Positions 29,913 to 45,000 of a DNA stretch of 64,000 nucleotides are shown here, in pieces. Position 1 is the stretch's first letter, and every line of letters starts with the position of its first letter. The translations under genes were made by a program, and so were the position numbers. Under the pieces are notes generated by a model that was given only the letters and a program-made list of their open reading frames with translations, was not told the origin of the DNA and searched no databases. Location: positions 37,634,001 to 37,698,000 of the forward strand of contig NC_045711.1 in assembly GCF_009834535.1 (NCBI RefSeq). The letters are read 5' to 3'. Source of the DNA: Camelus ferus. Taxonomy: Eukaryota.

Positions 29913-32900
29913 CACGTATACAAACAACAGATGCCAAAACACTGACGTGCTCCTCTCTGTAGGATGGGGCTATGAGAGATTTTGATACTTTTCTTTTGAT
30001 TATCTGCATTTTCTGTGTGTTCTAAAGTGAACAGTCTATCTTGTAATAAGTACAAGAAAAGAAAGTCATCAGCTTAAGAAGTCATACACTTTTCGTTTTG
30101 GGGAAAAATACAGGAATGAGCATCTAATCAAATAAGGAGTCTGCAGGTCACTTGTGTACACAGCACACCTGTAGGGGTGCTGGCACTGCAGACCAGTGGG
30201 GAGGCGGGTCCCAGCCTCTTGGTGACACCAGTGCTCTATGAGTCAGGCACGAGTTGCTGCCTCTAAGCGTCAGGCTCCTCAAGGGTTAAATGGGATGAGT
30301 TTGCCCACCTCTCGGGATTGAAGGCACGAATGTGCAGCCTCTGGCACATAGTAGGTGCTTGACAAAGGTCGCTTCTTCCTCAACAAGCAGCTCTCAGAGT
30401 CAGAGTCTGTAGCCAGCCTCTTGCTCTTCTGGCTGAAGGAGAGGGATTGGCTTTGCCAAAACTGGGCTTGCCCAAGTTCATCCCCAGTTGCTGGTCCCCG
30501 GTGCTGCTGAAGCTGTGCCAGCCGGCAGCCACCTCTCACTGGCCTTGGCTTGGAATCTCTGCTGCCCGTGGAATTTTCCTGTGCTCCCTAGAAAGGCCCT
30601 GGCTTCTCATCAGCACAGCCTGTTGACCCTCTATCAACATAGCCTGTGCTCACCATCCTCAGGTTGGGGCCCATCTGCATGAAGAAAGAAGGGCTTTCCA
30701 GTCTTCCCGGGGCTGCTCCCCTTTAATAAAAATGACAGTTGTAGCTGCCATTTATCGACCCTACATGTGCCTGGGCTTACACCCTCTACGTCTCCACTTC
30801 AACTCTGCCAATCATGTGACGATATTCCCAGTTCACAGGTGAGGCTCAGGAAGGTGAAGGGACTCAGTCAAGGTCACACAGCCAATAACTGGCAGGCTTG
30901 TCTGGCCCCTAATTTTCTCCACTGTACCACACTGCCTCCTAGCTGTCTCTGTTCCCTCTTCTATCACGGTGGACTGTGCAGCAAAGTTAGATAACCATTC
31001 TTATAAAAGCAATGATTCTCAACATTAACTGTGGGATCAGCTAGAAAGATTTTTAAATGCTGGGAGTGGGGGTGGACATTGGAGGGGGTGGGGTGGAAAG
31101 GGTGGAGCTGGGAGGAGGGCCAGTGGGTAGTAGCTGGAAGGGGACACATGGGGCCCTTGGCGGTTGTGATAATGTTCTCCTTCCCGGTCTGGGTGCTGTG
31201 GACTTGGGTGCTTTTCTATGTGCATGTTATTTTATAGTAATTTTTTTTTAATTTTCTTTTTTAAATAAAGAAAAAAAGGCAGTTGTCTTCAGCCACATCA
31301 CTGTCTCCTGGGAAAAGGCAGTCTGTGGCCCTGGACTCATCATCTTGAAGATGCTTCTTACAGCACTGAGCAGTTGTTGGCCTTTGAGTCTGTGCCTGTC
31401 CTTGACAACAGGCAGGGCTGATGCTATGCTGAGCTGGGAAAGGCCCACTGTTGCCGCAGCAGGAGGTATACACGGACAGTCAGGCCCTATTGGCTCTACA
31501 CCTCCTCCCTCCCCACAATTGGACTCACAGAACGCCATCCTGCCCACGCCCTGGGGCCTAGGGCAGCAGGGATGGAAACAGCTACAGCCCAGCACCTGGG
31601 CCCAAGCTGTGAGGCCCCTGCTGACTTCTGTCCTGTATCATAATTTGAGTCACTGGACACATGGCTTCTGATCTTCACTTACAGACTCTCTGGTTTTTAG
31701 CTGGACCCATGGATGTATGAAACGAAGATTGTATTTCCCATTGTCATTTGGAGCTAGGTCTAATTACGTGACTCAGATTGGGCCAATAGAATGTAAGTGA
31801 CATATTCTGCACAATTCTGGGAATTGCCCTGAAAAAGGAGAGTGCTCTTCTTCTTCCCCTACTTGTTCTTGCTACCTGGAATATGGCATGGAAAGGCTGA
31901 GTTCCAGCAGCCATTTTATGCCAGGGATCAAAGTCATGACTGAAAACAGAAGAGCAATGAGACAGGGGAGCCTGGGTCATCTCTGTTATTTCCTTTGCAC
32001 CATGGAGCATGCTGTTGGTGGAGGACTGACTCCCTCGTTCGGGGTTTCTTAATATGAACTCCTACCCTGTCTGAGACAATGATATTTAAGGTTTTACATT
32101 CTTCTCAACCCAACTTAATCCTAACTAATACTCAGGGCTTCTGACTTGATCCTTGGCCTGAGTTCCTGCATTGGTCACCTGCCCAGTGTGAGGATGAGGG
32201 TCCCGCCTGCTCCTCCTGCAGACTGGAGTTCTGCCACCAACCCATCTCAGTGGCTGGGCCCTCCCGTGTGCTGGTGTGCCCTACCCCTGCTGCCTGCAGG
32301 ATCGTATGTGGCAGGGCTTGCCTCTTGCCAGAGTGGAGAATAGCCCACTGCTCCTGTCGCTTTCTGAGAGTGAGCCCTACTGCTTCTCTCTTCCCGCTCA
32401 TCCTCTTACACTTGGCACCTGCCCTGTGCCTGACAGGCTGGCTGCTCTCTGAACATCTGCTGCGGGATCGATGTCTACGGTACCTTCTCCAGGGGACAGG
32501 TCCATGAGGAGCCAGTTCCTGAGACATAAAAACCATGGCACCTTCATGCACACATTCAGCAGTTGATATTCGTCAAGCGTCTGTCTTCGGCACTGAGGAC
32601 ACAACAGTAAGACAGACACGGTGGAGGGACGGACCTAGCACAGCGGGTACAAGCACAGGCTGTGGAGTGAGAATGGCAGACACAACCGCCCGAGGCCCTG
32701 GAACTGGTCCCAGGGAATTTCAGGGTTTCCTTTAAGCGTATGCCCATGACCTTGGTTACATGTGCAAGTCTGCGTGAGTCACTACGCCTCACATGCCCTC
32801 AGCTTCCCCATCGGAACAGGATGAGGCTAAGCTGGATGATGTTTAAGATTCTGGGCGGGTCTTTCCACCTACGGAGGGAGATAAGGGCTCAGGAGCCCTT

Positions 32901-35900
32901 AGGCCTGGGCTTCCCACCCATGGGCCTGATTTGGGGCCTTAAAACAACCCATCTAATTATTTATTATGATTCCGTGGGTTGACTGAAGCTCAGCTGGACA
33001 GTTCTCCAGTGCAGTGTGTTCATACAGAAATGGAGATAATCACATGTCCCTCCCCCGAATCCTCACAGAATTCATGAGATAATACCCTGGGTAACCAATA
33101 GTAGATGAGGGTAAGTTTCTCTTTATAGAAAAAATCCAGCTAATAAATGAAGAAGGAAAGATAGAATTATCACCATGTTTCACCGCGCCCCTCACCCCCG
33201 GGAATGACTGGGTCCAGGCATTGGGCATCAACAGCTGCTAATGTCATGAGAAGGAAGCCAACTAGACATTATGTCCCTTTGATGGAAGAACACAACACCT
33301 ACTGTGATTTTAATCTAATCAAGCTTCTAGACTCAACTGTCAATTTACAGGAATTATAAAAGACAGAGCAATATGTTAAACTACCTCATGAGTTTGTAAT
33401 CCTCAAAGCCCAGACTGTGGACAGTCTATAGGATGTATGACCTGCCTTCTTCAATAATAAATTGCAAGGAACAAGAGAAAGATGAAAGAGAAACCTGTGG
33501 ATTAAAAAGAGATTGAAGAGACATCAGCCCATCACAACCGAGTGCATCTTATTTGGATCTTTATTTAATCTAACTGTTAAAAAATGCCTTTTGACATAAA
33601 AACAAGAAATTTGAACACTGGTCTACTGAATATGTAATGATATTAAAGAATTCTTGTTTTAAGAAAGACATTATTGTTTTAAGAAAGATGAGTGAAGAAC
33701 AATGGACGGAGTACAAGGAACTACACAGTGGCAAGGAGCTAGTGTGAAATAAGGTTGGGGAGGATGGGGACGGAGACTACCGTGGGAGTCCTGCCCCCAG
33801 CTCGGCCATTAGCGCACCCCGTGTGTGGCCTTGGTTGGTCCTTTCCCCTCCCCAGCCCTCAGTTTCCCTACCTGTGAAATGAAGCAGTCCGGCCCAATGG
33901 GTCTGCAGCAGCCTGAGCCTGGCCTCCTTCTGCTTTGTCCTCACCTGTGCAGCCCTGCAGCCTTTACTGGGTGCCTGTGACCCCCCTACCACGTGTCCAT
34001 AAGAGCATAAAAGCAGTGGGATGGGCAGAAGCCCAGAGCTGCTGGGCTCTGAAGAGCCTGGAGCAGAAGAGGCCACCTCCCCGAGGCACCTTGCTTGGAG
34101 GATCAAGCTGCAGGATCCCAGGTGGGCAGGTCCAAAGCCAAGGGAATAGCTGTCCAAGAAAGAAACTGCTGGAAGACCTTATCACCCATCAACCACGTGC
34201 AGGAGTTATCTCTTCACCAGGATGGTTTAGCCTTTCCTGATGACTGGGGCCTTCTGGTGAGTTCCCTGGGCCTACGTCCTGGTCTGGTCACCTACTCAGG
34301 ACTCCAGTTGAGGTGGGTTCCTGCTGCCTTTGACACACTCTCGTGGGCACAAATGAGTATCACTGGATCCTTATGTCACCTGCCCCTCAATTCCTTGTTG
34401 CTGGCCTCTGCCCAGCTGCTCTTCCAACAGCATCACTAAGGAAGTATCAACCTTACCACTGAAATGCCCACATTGTAAATGCTCAATAAATCTCAGTAAG
34501 TAAGAGGGAGGACTTCCCTCCTGGACCATCGCAGGGGCTTAAAATTCTCTTAAAGTATCAGGAGCTTTATCTCCAGAAGGTTAAACTAAAATACCCACCA
34601 CCCGCTACCAACACCAACCAATTTAGCACGTGGACTCAGTAATGCCCCAGCTCCAAAGAGCAAGAAAGACAAGCCCATGAAAGTGAGCAGTACAGAGTGG
34701 CAGCCACACCCACCATGCTGGTGCCAAAGCTGCATTCAAATCCTTGCTCTCTCTCCTGCCAGCTCTGTGACCTTGGGTGTGTTACTTAACCTCTCTGCAG
34801 ATAATTTCCAAGAGTGCTGTGAAGATGAAATGATTCACTGCATGCACTGCATCATGCCTCATGCTCTAGGAGGGCTTAATAGACATTAGTATCAGTTTTT
34901 TTGGGGGGGAGGCCTCCACTGCAGCACCCCACTGGTGCTCCACCATCACCTCCCCACCTCTAATTAAACCTTCTCTCCTTTCCCTCTCCCTTATAAAAAC
35001 GGCCTTTCCAGTGCTTCATTCTTCAGCCTGGTTGGCTAAGCCTGTGATGTTGCAGTGTCTGACAGTGGAACCCTGCCTTGTTTCAGGTCGGGTAGAAGGC
35101 CAGCACCGAGGGCACCCTGAGCCCGTGGATATGTGTGTGGTGTGGCTACCCACCCAGTGGAGACAGGACAAGTGGTAGCGCAGGGAGGTCTCTTGGACCA
35201 ACAAGGTGGAATCAGGAGCCAAAGAGATCACAGCCCAAATCCCAGCTCTACTACATGCAAATTGGGTGATTAATGCCCACTTCCCGGGCTAGCAAGCATT
35301 GAGGAGGGAATTCTTTTAAGAAGTGTTGTTGCCCACCCCAGCCCCGATTTCCTGTACATGGGCCGCTGCTGGCCTCTAGTGGCCACTGGATAAATTGCAC
35401 AGCGAGTTGACCTGAGAACAGGCATGTGGGAAACATTTTTCCACTTCTGGATTTTCCTGATGCCGGGGTTCTCAACCATGACAGACCCGTAACTCCCTTT
35501 TCATAAAATATATTTCATGTAATTATAGTAATTTTTTAAAACTTCAAGCACTTTATTGAGGTATTGACATACTACAAATGACATATTTATAGTGTACAAT
35601 TTGATAGTTTTTGATATATGTTATATACCCAAGAAACCATCATCACAACCAAGACAGTGAACATCTGCATCACCTCCAGAACTTACCTGTCCTCCTTTCC
35701 AATTCCCCACCCCAAGTAAGTACTGAGCGGCTTTCAGCCATTGTAGGTTAGCTTACATTTTCTAGAGTTTTATGTAAATGTAATAGTACAGTATATACTC
35801 TTTTTTTTTTTTTTTTTGGCCTGGCTTCTTTCATTTGGCATAATTACTTTGAAATTTATCCATGTTGTTGTGAGTACCAATAGTTCATTCCTTTTTTATT

Positions 35901-35985
35901 GCTGTGTAGTATTTCATCATATGAATGTACTGCAGTTTATCTATTCAGAATGAGGATAAATTTAAAAATTAATATAATGCCCTAC

Positions 35986-36509
35986 TGTAACAGAGGAGAG
36001 CAGATCTGACTCTATGTTGGATCTGTTCCTTTGGTTTTAACCACTGTGCCCTTTTTTCTGGGTTTATTCTTACTGGCTCTGCGCCTTTTGTAAAACGATG
36101 TTGCCTTTAGCCTGTCTGGTAAACAGGAGAGCCTTTTCTCAAGGCTCTGATCTTTAAGATATTAACACTTCTGCACTTATGTAAATATAACAAGTTGCAT
36201 AATAGAAAATAACCTTGTTTTGTTGGAGGTTTTGCAGGAGCACCACGACCTCGCCCACGTGGACAGCTGTGGGAGCAAAGAATTCCTACAGCAAGAAGTT
36301 TGCAACAACCAACCACACCCCCTCCCCTATTTTTTTGTGTAAGAGGAGCCTGTATTCTGACTGGAGCAGGGTGGTTCTCCAAGACATTAGTCTGCCATCC
36401 TCTCAGTCTGCTGGCTTTCTGAATAGTCACTATTCCTTGCCCTAACACCTCGTCTCCCAATTTATTGTCCTGTTGTTCTCTGAGCAGAACGAGTTAGGAC
36501 TCGGTTGCA
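35986..36509 (+). mobile_element. Solo ERV1-type LTR, copy 2
   Basis: TGTAAC...TTGCA termini, 4-bp TSD CTAC; homologous to copies 1 and 3. Confidence 0.85.
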
Positions 36510-39500
36510 CTACTATCATATAAAAGAGAAACTGAAGGAAAGTAATACAATAATAGGTAAGTCCCATGTAGATGCTCAGCCATGATCACACTGGAACATA
36601 TAATGATGTAGTCAGATGCTTGACCTATACACACAATTACATGAACCCGGTTCTTTGCCAGAAATTTTGGTTTGGCTCCCATGGCCGGCAGTTGGCCATC
36701 CCATGCAGGAGGGTACAGTTTTGTGTGGATGATGCGTGGGGCCTGAGATTGAGCAGAGAAGGTGGACACAGGCAGGTTTTAACTCAGTGGAAAGATTCAT
36801 TTCTCACAGGGCTGACCATCAGGGTAGCATGCTTCTTTCTGAGTTATGTGAATGCTGTGTTTAGACTGGACCACCATGGGATTTTAGACCACCATCCAGC
36901 CTATTAATGATCCAGACTCATTCACTAAGGTCCATATTTAATTTTTCAAAGGCACATTTGCATTCCTCTTATCTTACTTTCATAGCACAATCTAGGAGCT
37001 TCCATTGCACTTTCCTGAGCAGGGACATAAGTTGTCTTCCTTTCCCCAAGGTCTCAGGGCCAGCAGCAGGCGTTGGCACTTCCCAGTCCCACTGGGGCCT
37101 CTCTCAGGAGCCAGAATACGATTTTATGGAAGAAAGTGTTCAGCAATGCTTTGGAGGCAACAAGGCTTTGAGAACCTTCTACTACAAACATAACCTTCAG
37201 TTGACAGCTTGTTAGCTTGATTTATAACTTGTAAATGTTTATATAGACGGATGATCTGTGGCCTCCATGTTTTCTTGCCCTAGGCTGCGACATCCTGAAT
37301 TTATTCATGGACCCCAGGTTGGGTTTTCCTGTTCCTTAACTGGGTAGGAAGCCAACCAGGGCTCATGTCTGTCACAGTTGGGTCGGTGGAGGGTAGAGGG
37401 CCCCTCAGGTTCCCCTTTGAGAGCTGTCATCATCCCCTCTAAGACTTTAAGCTGCAGGGAACCCCCACGTTGGCCCAATTTCCAGCATGTGGACCTGGGC
37501 TACGGAAACCTCTCCTTCCGCCCAGGGCTCTAATTCTGCACAGACGAGGTTATTTGGGTCAGCTGAAGCACCTGTAGATTTTTGGTCACAAGCAGTACCT
37601 CATGAGGTGGCACCCCGAGAATGCCCTCTTCCAAGGGTTCTACCTCCACCCAAGTCCTGCTGGCTTCACATCCCAAGATGTAATGTGTTGCTGTCCTGCT
37701 GGGGAGGGAAGTCCAGAGATGGAGGGTACAGGGCAGCATTGCCCACTTAGAAAGCTCTTCCTACTTCCTGTCAGACCCTATCAACCTGTCTCCAAGGGTG
37801 GGGTGAGGATCAGTAACAAAACTTTCTCTTGTCTCCCTTTTGCTGCAGTTGCTGGAAGTATCTCCCAGATTTCCTTGGTGACTTATGTTGCTAGCATGTG
37901 TGGCCTTCATGGAGAGGTAACAGGTTGCCAGGTCACCACTCCAAGGATGGTTAGCCCCATGCTGACTCTATTAGGCAGGTCTCTTTGGTTGCAAGTGACA
38001 GAAACCCAACTCTAACGTGTTTACACAAGAAGGGACCTTTATTGAATTGCAAGGTTGCAGTAAGAACTAGAGCGTGTTTAGTTTGCAGAAAGAGTGGACC
38101 CTGGGACTGGAATTCTGTCTCCTCTTCAAGGAGGCTTGGTCTCTCAGATGGGCTGTATCCACAGGATTCCAAACTGTCGGCCTCTGGCCCTACACCCAAG
38201 GCTTCCTGTAAGAAGCTGAGCTGCTCTGCTTAATTTCAAGTCAAGATATACTGGTTGCGGCCTGGGCATACCTTGTCACATGGAGGGCAGGGCCCTGTGA
38301 CTGACAGCCCCACTAAAACCCCATGGGGGAAGGAGTTGCCTCACAGATAGTCCTGTTCCCAGAAGGGAAGGGAGGGGCAGAGAGATCAGCCAGCGCCCTC
38401 TACCCTGTCCCACCCTGCGGTCTGCCTCCCAGTGTCAGCAATCCCCCCAGGCCCGCCTGCCACTTCTGCCTGAAGATAGGGTAGACCTCAAGGCTGAGCC
38501 AGTTTGCGTGGTTAAGACCAGAGTATTCCCTGGAGAGTGATGACGTCACAGAACTGGGGTTCTAGAAGGTGGGGGTGGCCCAGTACTCCTGCCATCTTTA
38601 GACAATGGAGAGCGGTGAGCAGGGCGGGGCTAAAGGGTAGTTCCTGAGGAAGAGGAGGTGGGACCTGGGGCCAGAGAAGGATAGGAGAGAGGTAAGCTTG
38701 GAGAGGGAAGGTCGGTGCACACCTGCCAGAACCACTGTCTTCCCCAAGGGAACCCCAAGAGGGGGCTTCAGGGGCAGAGATGGGGCTCCCTGCTTTGTGA
38801 GGCTCAGTGACACCTGTCTCTGAAGGAACCTACTGAGTCAGGGCAGAATATGGTTGCACAGGGCATGTTTATACTGTAAAAGTATTTGTGGTTTGTCTGA
38901 AATTCTAATGTAACTGGGCATCCTGTAATTTTATTTGCTTAATCTGGCAACTCTAGGGTGGGAAAGAGAAGCAAAAGAATGGTCACAAGCACAGGCTGCT
39001 GTGAGTGAGTCTTAGAAAACAGAATAAAACATCCCTGAGGAAACAGGGCATCAGGGCAGCCATCTGGTCCAAGCAGAAGCTGCCTGACTCGTGAAGCCAG
39101 TGGGTGGAGGAACCCTCAGGGTCTAGTTTAAGGGGAAAGATACACACACACACACACACACAAACACAAACACACAAACACACACACACATGCCTACTGC
39201 TAGAAATAGCCTCATTCTATGCTTTTGTGTCATTGACCATTTTGAAGAATATAGGCCAGTTATTTTGCAAATTTTCCCTCAGGTTGGCTTTGTCTGATGT
39301 CCCCTCAAGGTTATGCATCCCTGAGCAGAATACTACGTAAGTGATGTGTTTCCTTCTCAGGGAATCCCATCTGGAGGAACGTAATCGCTCTGTGCCCCTC
39401 ACTGGTGGTGTTAATTTTGATTACAAGGTCAAAATCCTGTCTGCTTTCTTCACTGTAGTGTCACTGTTTTTCTCATGCAACTAATATGCACTCTATGGGA

Positions 39501-39829
39501 GACACTTTAAGACCATTTCCATACCCCATTCTTCATCAAGCATCCCACTACCTCGGATTTAGCATCTACTGATGATTTTTTCTTGTTCAAACTGACCTAT
39601 GATGGTTTCAGAATGGTGATTTTCCTACTTCATGACTACTTCCACATTATCACTCAATTTTATTGTCAGGAAGTGCACCCCCTTTATCCCCATTATGTAT
39701 CTATTTGCCTATTTATTACTGTTAAGAACTCATGGATTCTTATCTCAGTCAATGTGTTATTATCTGTCACTATCATTATTTATTTTGATGATCAAATTGT
39801 TCCAGATTAACTCAGAAACCATCATGCAT

Positions 39830-40900
39830 TGGTTTCTCAGATATGATACCAAAAACACATGCAACAAAAGAAAAAAACCAATAAATCAGTCTTCAACAGC
39901 ATTTAAAACTCTAGTGTCTCAAAGAATATTGTCAAGTAAGTGAAAAATAACTCACAGAATGTGAGGAAATATTTGCAAATCATTGTATCCAGTAAGGTTC
40001 TAATATCCAGAATATATAAAGAACATTACAACTCGATAAGGAAAAGACGAACAATCCAACTAAAAAAATGGGCACAGGATCTGAATAGACATTTTCCCAA
40101 AGATATACAAATGGCCAAAGAGCACATGTAAAGATGATCAACATTATTAGCCATCAGGCATGTGCAAATCAAAACCACAATGTGACACTACTTCATACCA
40201 TTAGGATAGCTTTGATCAAAAAGACAGATAATAACAGTGTTGTTGAAGATGTGGAAAAATTGGAACCTTTACATATTGCTGATAGGAATGTAAAATGGTG
40301 CAGCCACTTTGGAAGTCCAGCAATTCCTCAAAAGTTTAAACTTTAAGTCACCATGTGACCCAGCAATTCCACACTTTGGTATATATCCCAAAGAATGGAA
40401 ACATTTGTCCACACAAAAAATTTTACACAAATGTTCATAAAAGCATTATTCATAATAGCCAGAAAGTAGAAACAACTCAAATGTCCATAAACTGATGAAT
40501 ANNNNNNNNNNNNNNNNNNNNNNNNNNNNNNNNNNNNNNNNNNNNNNNNNNNNNNNNNNNNNNNNNNNNNNNNNNNNNNNNNNNNNNNNNNNNNNNNNNN
40601 NNNNNNNNNNNNNNNNNNNNNNNNNNNNNNNNNNNNNNNNNNNNNNNNNNNNNNTCATTTTTTGGAAACATCCAGAATAGGCAAAGCTCTAGAGATAGGA
40701 AGTAGGTTAGTGGTTGCCATAGGCTGGAGGGAAGTGGAATGGGGAGTGACTGCTAATGGGGTTTCTTTTTGGGTTGATGAGAATGTTCTAAAATTGACTG
40801 TTGTGCTAGTTGCACAATTCTGTGAAAATGAATTGTACACTTTAAATGAATTAACTGTATGGTATGTGAATTATATATTGTGAATTACATCACAATAAAG
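39830..40900 (+). mobile_element. Degraded L1 (ORF2 3' end and 3' UTR) spanning the assembly gap
   Basis: Typical L1 ORF2 C-terminal text (...GACCCAGCAATTCCACACTT..., ...CAACTCAAATGTCCAT...) continues into L1 3' UTR text after the gap, in the same orientation. Confidence 0.75.
40502..40654. other. Assembly gap (153 N)
   Basis: Run of N. Confidence 1.
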
Positions 40901-42099
40901 CTGTTACCCAAAAATGCTGTTCCAGATTTGCCCAGTGGGTACCCCTTTGAGCTGGCTCTCATGTCCATTTGACATGCCTCAGTCTTTAACTTGAGCACTT
41001 CCTTACTTTCTGCACAAAATAATCCAGATTTATCTTGTGCCCTTTCCTACTCCAGCCTGGGAATCAGCCATTTTCCCTGGAGTCCTGGTTCCCATTCAGA
41101 GGGGGGAAAAGTGAAACCACGATCTGGGCACTTATTATTTCCTTCAATCATCACAATAAGCCTAACAAGTAGGTATTAGCATATCTTCATTTCACAAAGG
41201 AGACCCAGAGAGGTTAAGTATGTTGCCCAAGGTCACACAGCAGCCCAGCCTTTGAAAGCAGGCAATGGGAATCCAGAGCCCTTGCTCTTCACTCCTCCTC
41301 CTCCTACACACACACACACACACACAGAAAATGTTCTAAAATTGACTCTGGTATTAGTTGCACAGTTCTCTGAAAATGATTGAATTGTACACTTTAAATG
41401 AATTAGTCTGACTGACACACACTCAGAGTGAAAGTGAGGGTTATTTCTACAACTAGATCATTCTTGCTTGCTTTATGATATGCACTTCTGAATGGAAAAA
41501 AAAAGAATAGAACCTATAACCATCCCCCATGAACTGCATAAGGCAGGGCATCCCCTTAGGGAGAGTCACGTGTCACGTGGAGTGTGGGGTTGGGGGTGAT
41601 CAGCGTCCAGTGTCTTAGCCCTTCCTCTGAAAGCACATAAGCAAATACAAGCTCACAAATACTAATGAAAGGCAGTTCTCATTCATCTCCTTCGCCCACC
41701 TCACTCCACTGCCCTGTACCCAAATGCTGCCCCAAGCTGGGCACCCATCCTAAGGGTGAGAACAACTAAAAAGAAGGTGGAGCTCTACAGATGAAAGGAG
41801 ATTGGCCTTGGTTTTTAACTGCTAAAGCTGGCAATGGGTACATGGAGGTTCATGACACTATTCTTTCTCCTTTTGTAAATGTTTATGATTTACTGCAATA
41901 AAAGAGTATTTATAAAATAATAAATGAGAGGAAAGAGGCTGAAAACAGCCAGGTGGAGAGCTGTGAGTGAGCGAGGACATTTGGCTGCTCTCTCCATATT
42001 CCTCAGGCCCTCAGAGCAAACCAGCAGGCAGTCTGGGAGACCCTGGGACCCGCCGGCCCACCACGGCACGCCCTCCACTGCGCCTCCTCCCCGCCGGGG

Positions 42100-45000
42100 A
42101 TGCCCGGCCTGCTGCTCATCTCCTTGGCCAGCTGCCTGCTGGCCATAAATCAGGCCAGCCCCATCAGCCGCTGTGACTTGGCCAAGGTGCTGCATGAGGA
42201 GGACTTGGATGGGTTTGAGGGCTACTCCCTGAGTGACTGTGAGTGCCATCCCTCCCACCCCCACCCCCACCGCGCCTCCTCTCCCGGTCATGCCCTTCGT
42301 GGCCAGCTGTCTTTTTCTGTCACTTGTTTTCCAAAGTCAAGTTCAAAAAACAGCCCTCTCCAAGAAGCCTTCCCCAGCATTGCGTATTTGTTCAATGATT
42401 ATTAAGTGAGCACTTAGTGTGTCCCAGGAACTCTTTCAGACCCTGGGGGTATAGATATCAGCACAGCCCCTTCCCTCACAGTGTTCACATTCTAGGGGGA
42501 GAGAGAGCAATAAACAGAAACATACAAATATATGAAGGACTTCCTGGTGGTGATAAATGCTATGCAGAAGAATAAAGCAGGGGGAGTGATAGGTGACAAT
42601 TTCTAGAAGAAGTCAAGGAAGGCCTCTCTGAGGAGGTGACACTGAGCAGTGCTGAACAGAGTAAAGGACCTGGTCCCTCAAACATCTGGGGGAACAACAT
42701 TCCAGACAGAGGAAACAGCCAGTGTAAAGGCTTTATCCTACTCCAAGGTAGAGAAATCGCCCTTCTGCCCAGAATTTGTGCACATCTCTCTCACAGCACT
42801 CTCTCCTTTCATCTTGCTTTGTGGGTTTTTTAGGCACATAGCTTCATTCTTATCCTATAGATGTCTTGAAGGCAGCATCTGCATTTGATCCAGCTCAATG
42901 TCCCTCCCTGGGCTTTGCACAGTTTCTGGCACACAGTAGGTGGTCATTAAGGGCAGAAAGCACGGATAGACAGGTGGACAGATGGGCGGTTGTGCTGATG
43001 GGTGGGTGGATGGACTGAAGGATGAGAGGAGACGCTAATGGGTGTTCGTAGCCTGCAAGCCCCATCTAGCCTCTAAGGCCTTGCTCCTTTCTTCCGGTTC
43101 CTCATCTCCCTTCCTCCTGCATCTCCCTTCTCCCTCAGCTTAGCCCCCTCTAAAAACCCTCTTCTCCCTGTTCTAAGGGCTGTGCCTGGCTTTCTTGGAA
43201 AGTGCCTTCAACATAACAAAGGTAGATGAAAATACCGATGGCAGCTTTGACTACGGCATCTTCCAGATCAACAGCCACTACTGGTGCAACGATTACCAGA
43301 GTCACACGGAAAACATTTGCCACGTGGACTGTCAAGGTCTGGCTGGGGCCCCAGGGTGGGAGAGGTGAGAGAGGTGACCAGGCTCTATGCACAGGATTTC
43401 CCTTCCTATGCAAAGCCTGGAGCAGACCCCAGTGGGGTGGCTCAAAGAATCAGGGAATCCCTTTACTGAGCAGAGGGTTTGACTTGTGTCCCTAATTGTG
43501 CATCCGTAGGAGTTGCCACGGTGTTCTGCAGGCTCCAGATAGGCTCGCACAGCCAGCAGTGGTAGAGCAGCAGCAGCAGCCAGCATTTTTTGAGAGTGGA
43601 TTATGTCCTCAGCACTTTACATGCATAGCTCATTTCATCCAAACTGCCATGCAATATTGACTAGTATGATCCCCACTTTACAGATGAGAAAACTGAGGCT
43701 CATAGAACCAGTGCCAAATGCCAAACTGGTGGCCCTGAAAGCTCAGCTCTCACCACCAAGCAGTGCTGTCTTTGGCTAACAGTCTAACCAAAGGCCAAGG
43801 GCAAACTCCCCACTCAGAGCTGATCCAGGAGGCTCCATGGGTCCATGACTCTGTCCCTTATCTCCTCCTTTGTTCACCTGAAGAGCCTCCCTCCTTAAGC
43901 ATGATTTTACCGTGGTCCCTGTGCTTTCCCTAGAAACCTCCAAACCTAGGGGTGAACCACCATCTACTCTGGCTAGGAAGTATGGTAGCAAACCAGCCCA
44001 AATCTCAGGCTTCCTGTCCCTCCTGCCCCCACCCGCAGCCACCCCCCCAACCTCCAGCAGCCATTGTATGGATGCCCCAGTGGGCCTCTAGGAGGGAGGC
44101 CCACCCCATCTGGAAGTACTCAGCCTCCGGGTGGCACATGCCTGTGAGGGGAGAGCCAGTGACCGCCTCAGTATTCGGGACTGTCCCCTGTGCTCTCACC
44201 AGTACTCTCCCTCTTCCTTTCAGAACTGCTGAGCCCCAACCTTCTCCCAATCATCAACTGTGCAAAAAAGATTGTGTCCGGAGCAGGGGGCATGAAGAAC
44301 TGGTGAGGAGGACTCTGTGGGACTAAGCTAGTGGGTAGGGTCTTAAGAAAGATGTGCTGACAGAGAAAGGGACACTAGGCCAGGCCTAGATGTCTTCTAC
44401 GTCTAGTAAGATGTGGGCTAGTGGCAGGGCTTGGAACGCTGGGACCTGGCTCTTCCTCTGACTCTGTGTTAAACCAAACTCTTTTGGCTGCAGTAACAGA
44501 ACCTCCTGCGCTAACTGAAGGAGTTTGTTCTGAGAGGACAAGGGGTCTTACTGAGCCCACACAAGGGGTGAGGTTGGGCCTCAGGAAGAGGACGGAAGCA
44601 GGGCTGGAAACCATCAGCAAGCTTTCCTTGACAGGTTTCTGCTTCTCTTGCTGTATTTGCTTTACGACTTCCTCTACAGACCATCTTTCTCCGCTCTACC
44701 GTCCACAAGACAATGTCTGCCCTGAATCTATGGGCTAATGTCCCAGGCAACCACACAGAGCCTGGCTAGGCTCAGTCCCAATCCCAGTGCTTGAGGTAGA
44801 GAATCTGATGGGTTCAGCTCAGACCCCGTGTCCCCACTTGACTCAATCAGCCGTAGGCCTGGGAGCAGTGAAGTAATAGAAATCTGGCTGCCACAGGGCC
44901 CTCTCTCCATAACTGGCTGCAACACTTTCTAGAATAAGTGTGTTGTTCATCAGCTGGGCAGACACCCCAGCTGTCAGCTTACCAACGGTGGACGTTGGGA

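Noticed and set aside
32430-32530. Possible terminal exon CTGACAG|...AGCSLNICCGIDVYGTFSRGQVHEEPVPET*
   Set aside because: No recognisable homolog and no supporting partner exons; likely a chance acceptor plus short ORF.
40502-40654. N gap as a possible false join between blocks
   Set aside because: Both flanks belong to the same L1 in the same orientation and in the expected order, supporting local contiguity.
41325-41410. ~80-nt near-duplicate of the L1 3' end at ~40780-40855
   Set aside because: Ordinary L1 3'-UTR fragment; two similar insertions or a small local duplication, with no functional implication.
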